DNA from: an uncultured Planctomycetota bacterium
GTDB taxonomy: Bacteria; Planctomycetota; Planctomycetia; Isosphaerales; Isosphaeraceae
NCBI GenBank assembly: GCA_963823665.1
Contig: CAWGMQ010000005.1
Coordinates: 1,824,001 to 1,888,000, forward strand
DNA: 64,000 bases
Direction of reading: 5' to 3'
The translations under genes and the position numbers were made by a program. This document shows positions 59,586 through 64,000 of the stretch, one piece after another. Each line of letters starts with the position of its first letter. Within the stretch, counting starts at the first letter, position 1. The notes below the pieces were generated by a model that worked only from the letters and a program-made list of their open reading frames with translations, made no database searches and was not told the DNA's origin.

Positions 59586-61192
59586 CTAAACCGGCTGATT
59601 TCCCAGGGGTTCGAGACTGAAAGAAAAGCCGTCACCGAGCACACTTGACTGTAAAGTCAGAGGAGCACGGGAGGCGCAGGTTCGGCCGTCGACGTCAAAG
59701 GCACCGGCCGCCCGGCACCACAGTGCTCCCGCTTGACGGTACAACACGACCGAATTCTCGATCGTCCGCGCCGGAATGTGCGCCTGCGACTCTCTCCCTA
59801 CAATACACGTTTCGGCCATCAGAATCACACCATCAACGGCCAGAGGGAGCCGGTGCCGGCTCACGATCGACAGTCGCGCGGTGGCACTGACCGGGCTCGG
59901 CTGGCGAAACTCGAGCTCGACGGTCGAACCCAACCGGATCACGTCGCCGTCGCGCAGCACAGCCTGGTTGACAACCGGCTTGCCGTTGATGAATGACGGA
60001 TGATGGGCCTCGAGCAGGTAACCTTCGCCGTTGCGCACGAGCGTGGCGTGGTTCCGCGAGAGGTCACCCATGAGCGGAATGTCGGCATGACTGTCCGAGC
60101 CGGCCCGGCCGAGTAGAATGCGATCGTCCAGGCAAACGAGATAGCCTCCGATGGTGTCGACCCAGAGCAAGAATCGGCCTTTGGGGCCGGCAGCATCGGC
60201 TCGCGCCAGCGGTCTGGGCGGAGCAGCCATGCGAGGCGCACCCACTCGCTGTGGCGACACTCCGGCCGCGTTGGCATTTTGATCGACCGCCCGCGCTGGA
60301 GACGGCGAGACGCCCGGCTCGCGATGCGTTCCCGCGCACAGCCAGACGATGCCGTCGGCCGGCTCAGGCGTGGTTGCGGGAGCAGGTTCAGCATCCGATT
60401 CGGCGGCTTGAACGACAGGCGGCGGTACCTGTGCCGCGCGGGCCGCTCGTTGCGGCCATCGCGCTGCTGCCGGGCCGATTGCAGCGATCTGTTGCCACGC
60501 ACGAGCACGAGCCTGGCGCGCGGCGGGATGTTCAGGCACGCTGGTGAGGACGGCCTCCGCGGCTGAGAGGATCTGGGGCCATTTCCCTTCCGAGAGTGCT
60601 GCGTAGAGCGCCTCAACCTTGGGAGCTGCCACCTTCTGGCGGCTCTCGAGCTCGACCTTGGCGGCCCCGACGGCTTGCTGAGCTGCGACTGCACCGGCGC
60701 CCGAAGCCAGGCGATCAGCCCGGTCGAGCTGCTCCTGGGCGCGCCAAATTCCCCGCGGCGCCCGTCTGCAAGCCCGTTTTGCCATGCCTCGGCGATTTCA
60801 CGCGCCCGCCGGAGGGCGGGCCCACCAACTTTGTGCCGCGTCAACTCATCGATTCGTTCCAGCACTCGAACCGGCTCGCCGGCGTCGAGATCGGCGCGAA
60901 CTTCGTCTGCCACGCGGTCAGCCAGGCTTAGGCGGGCCGCGGCCAGTGAGTCGGGTGGTGCGCCCATCCGCTCGGCCAAGTTGAGATCTTCGATTGCTCC
61001 CGAAACGTCGTCGACACCGCCTCGACGCGTCGCCCGGGCAATTAAATCAAGCGCCAGCCGCGTGCGGAACTGGACGGCTTGATGGTGATCGGACACGCCC
61101 GCACGAGTCGCCAGAAGATAAGCCTCTTCGTAGCGTCCCAGCCGCGCGGCCTCCTCGGCTTGTCGCAACACGATTCGCCATTGTCCCAGCAT
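59586..61192 (-). CDS. Helical-repeat + FHA-domain protein; frameshift near 60740
   Basis: WR..LRQAEEA N-terminus; LGR.....DI....LSRNHA...ING...L.DGD.I.LG. Confidence 0.85.
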
Positions 61193-61314
61193 GGTTGATT
61201 CGCCGCCTGGGTTGACCATGGGGAAAGTGCTCTCGTTTCGATCCGACCCGGCCAAGTAGGCCGAGAGAAACGCTGGTCCAAAGTATTGTACCCAAGACGG
61301 CCTGACTTCGACTT

Positions 61315-61382
61315 CCGTTCCCCCCTCGCTTCCTCCCGTCCGATCGGGGGGATGCGGACGGCGAGGCCGAGGGGAGGAACGG
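61315..61382. other. Long GC-rich stem-loop between the PspA-like and FHA genes
   Basis: CCGTTCCCCCCTCG/CGAGGGGAGGAACGG outer stem; CCGTCCG/CGGACGG inner stem. Confidence 0.6.
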
Positions 61383-61501
61383 ATCGTCGAAAGCTGGAGC
61401 ACTCAAAAGAGCACTCCCAGTCAGATCAGGCCCGCTTCAAAATCCACTCGCGGCGCAGATATTATCATCCGCCGCAAACTGCCCATGTTACCAATTACGT
61501 C

Positions 61502-62323
61502 TTAGAGGCTCTTGTCCGCCGACTTGGGCGCGGAACGCGAGTCGGACGTGCCAAACTGCTCGTCGACTTCTTTCACGATGTCGCGCTGAGAATCGACGCA
61601 GGCCGAGGGGCCGTCGAAGTCACCATAGCGGCCTTCGATCTCGGCACGGCGGGCCATGACATCAAGTCTCTGCTCCAGGTCGGATACCGCTTTCTTGGCT
61701 TTCGAGAGCGCCGAGTTGTCGAAGTTGAAGTCATTCTTCGACTGGACCAACTCGATCTTCTGCAATTCGGCCTGGATGGCATCCAGCTTGGCGGTGAGTG
61801 TCATCTTCTGGCCACGCAGCGTTTCGAGCTGCTCGCGGGCGGTCTTGATCGTGTTCCCCTTGGCCTCGAGCATGTCGCGCTTCTGCTTGAGAAGGTCAGA
61901 CGTGTACCGGAAATGATCGAGCCGGTTGGCCAGCTCGGTCTTGGCGCGGCTCTCGGTGTCTTTGATATGGCCGGTCAGACGGATATCGCCCGTCTTGATC
62001 GAATCACGCAGAGCGACGATGGTCTTCTGCTCCTTATCCAGGTTGGCCTGGATCGTGGTGACTTCCTTCTCAAGGTGCTGGACCTCGACCTCGGCCCGTG
62101 CCAGCGTTTCCTTGTTCTGCTCGAACATCGGCTTCAGGTCGTCAATCGCCTGTCGAGCTCGATCGATCTCGAACTGCGCGGGAACCGCGTTTTGAACGCT
62201 GCCGCGGACCTTGTGGAAGGCCGTCCTGACATAGCTCGGGGCCGAGGTGCCGAACACCAAGAACAGTGCACCCGTCCCGAGTGCCGCACCCAACAACCCC
62301 TTCTTCACCATTGCGCACATCAT
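61502..62323 (-). CDS. PspA/IM30-like coiled-coil protein with hydrophobic N-terminus
   Basis: GAGGAG RBS; long heptad helices; FDNSALSKAKKAVSDLEQRLDV..RAEIE. Confidence 0.6.
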   Translation of the reverse strand: MMCAMVKKGLLGAALGTGALFLVFGTSAPSYVRTAFHKVRGSVQNAVPAQFEIDRARQAIDDLKPMFEQNKETLARAEVEVQHLEKEVTTIQANLDKEQKTIVALRDSIKTGDIRLTGHIKDTESRAKTELANRLDHFRYTSDLLKQKRDMLEAKGNTIKTAREQLETLRGQKMTLTAKLDAIQAELQKIELVQSKNDFNFDNSALSKAKKAVSDLEQRLDVMARRAEIEGRYGDFDGPSACVDSQRDIVKEVDEQFGTSDSRSAPKSADKSL

Positions 62324-62732
62324 CTTGAAGTTCTCCTCTTGACCCGGAACCCGTGATTCTCGGTGTCTCGTTTTGTGGAAAATGGCGGTCGCTTTGTATT
62401 CCACCGGCTACCGACCGTGCCACACAGGTTCTTCGGGACATCGGTCCAAAATATTACATCGCGACCGATCTCAAAAGCTGGCTTCAAGAAAACACCAGAA
62501 ATGGCCGCGGCGTCAAGACGTCGGAATCGCGGCCTCGAAAAACGAGAGGCTGGGGTAGCACTTGCCACAAGGTTATGTAGAAAAGCAGTTTATGAGATGC
62601 GATCTGATGATCCAGGTGGGAATTCAGCGTCTTCAGCGTTCCAGACAGTCCCGGCCAGTCCCGGCCAGGTCAGGTTCGAGAATTTCCGTGAGCGGCCGGG
62701 GATGGCTGCGAAGAAGGGCCAAGAATGCAAAT

Positions 62733-62772
62733 AAAAAACCCTCGGGAGCAGCTTTCGTACAGCTCCCGAGGG
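62733..62772 (-). terminator. Rho-independent terminator of the sigma-70 gene
   Basis: 11-bp stem CCCTCGGGAGC/GCTCCCGAGGG followed by T6 on the minus strand. Confidence 0.85.
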
Positions 62773-62831
62773 CTTGGTCGATCATCACAACAGATGAGAC
62801 GGGCACTGCCGTCGTGGTGAGCTTATCCGGA

Positions 62832-63692
<861 letters not shown>

Positions 63693-64000
63693 AGTGGATT
63701 GCTCCGAAGGTGATATCCATCCTTAGACGCGTGGCAGTGTGGATGCGATCGACTTTCGGCTGTGAGCTCCGCACGCGAGTCCTGCTTTGCGGCCGTTCAA
63801 AATCACCGTAGGACACGTTTGTGAAGGTGTCAACTTAGTTTAATTAACGAGTGTGATGGATTTGTTTTGGTTCGTTTGAAAAACGGAAGATGGGATAAAT
63901 GTGCAGGATAGTAAAAGTTCGGCCTGCTGGTATTGGAATTGAGGGGCAAGGGGATCAGGCGAGTTCGGCGGTGTTGTCGGCGGGCATTGAAGTGCGTTCG

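Noticed and set aside
61286..62356. 356-aa plus-strand ORF
   Set aside because: Antisense to the PspA-like gene.

Overview
GC-rich bacterial DNA, most likely a planctomycete (Isosphaerales-like). This is inferred from the planctomycete-type ECF sigma factors with C-terminal extensions, TPR-bearing Ser/Thr kinases, 'RRR..LESR' and 'MTTRxWM' leaders, and the long ABC-2-like permease. The first ~33 kb is an accessory region. It holds the start of a methyltransferase/glycosyltransferase gene, a GxxExxY cassette plus an internally deleted twin whose flanking inverted repeats co-vary, an Imm70-like immunity gene, REP-like repeats and a decayed HUH (RAYT-like) transposase. It also holds a giant Rhs/YD polymorphic toxin (DPxGL motif, Hint domain, unrecognised hydrophobic tip) split by a complete IS66, several deletion-fused ECF/kinase/WD40 genes, and a heme-oxygenase-like enzyme paired with a FeeM/LuxI-like acyltransferase. 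The rest looks more like core genome: Kdo hydroxylase, FkbM, SDR, kinase, GT87, a degenerate MurE paralogue, exbB-exbD-exbD, ECF, vWA, hppA, and a cluster of PspA-like, FHA, kinase, ECF and anti-sigma genes after a sigma-70 gene. About seven single-base frameshifts in otherwise intact genes suggest indel errors in the assembly. No rRNA, tRNA or CRISPR array was seen. All family calls come from motif recognition by eye, not from database searches.
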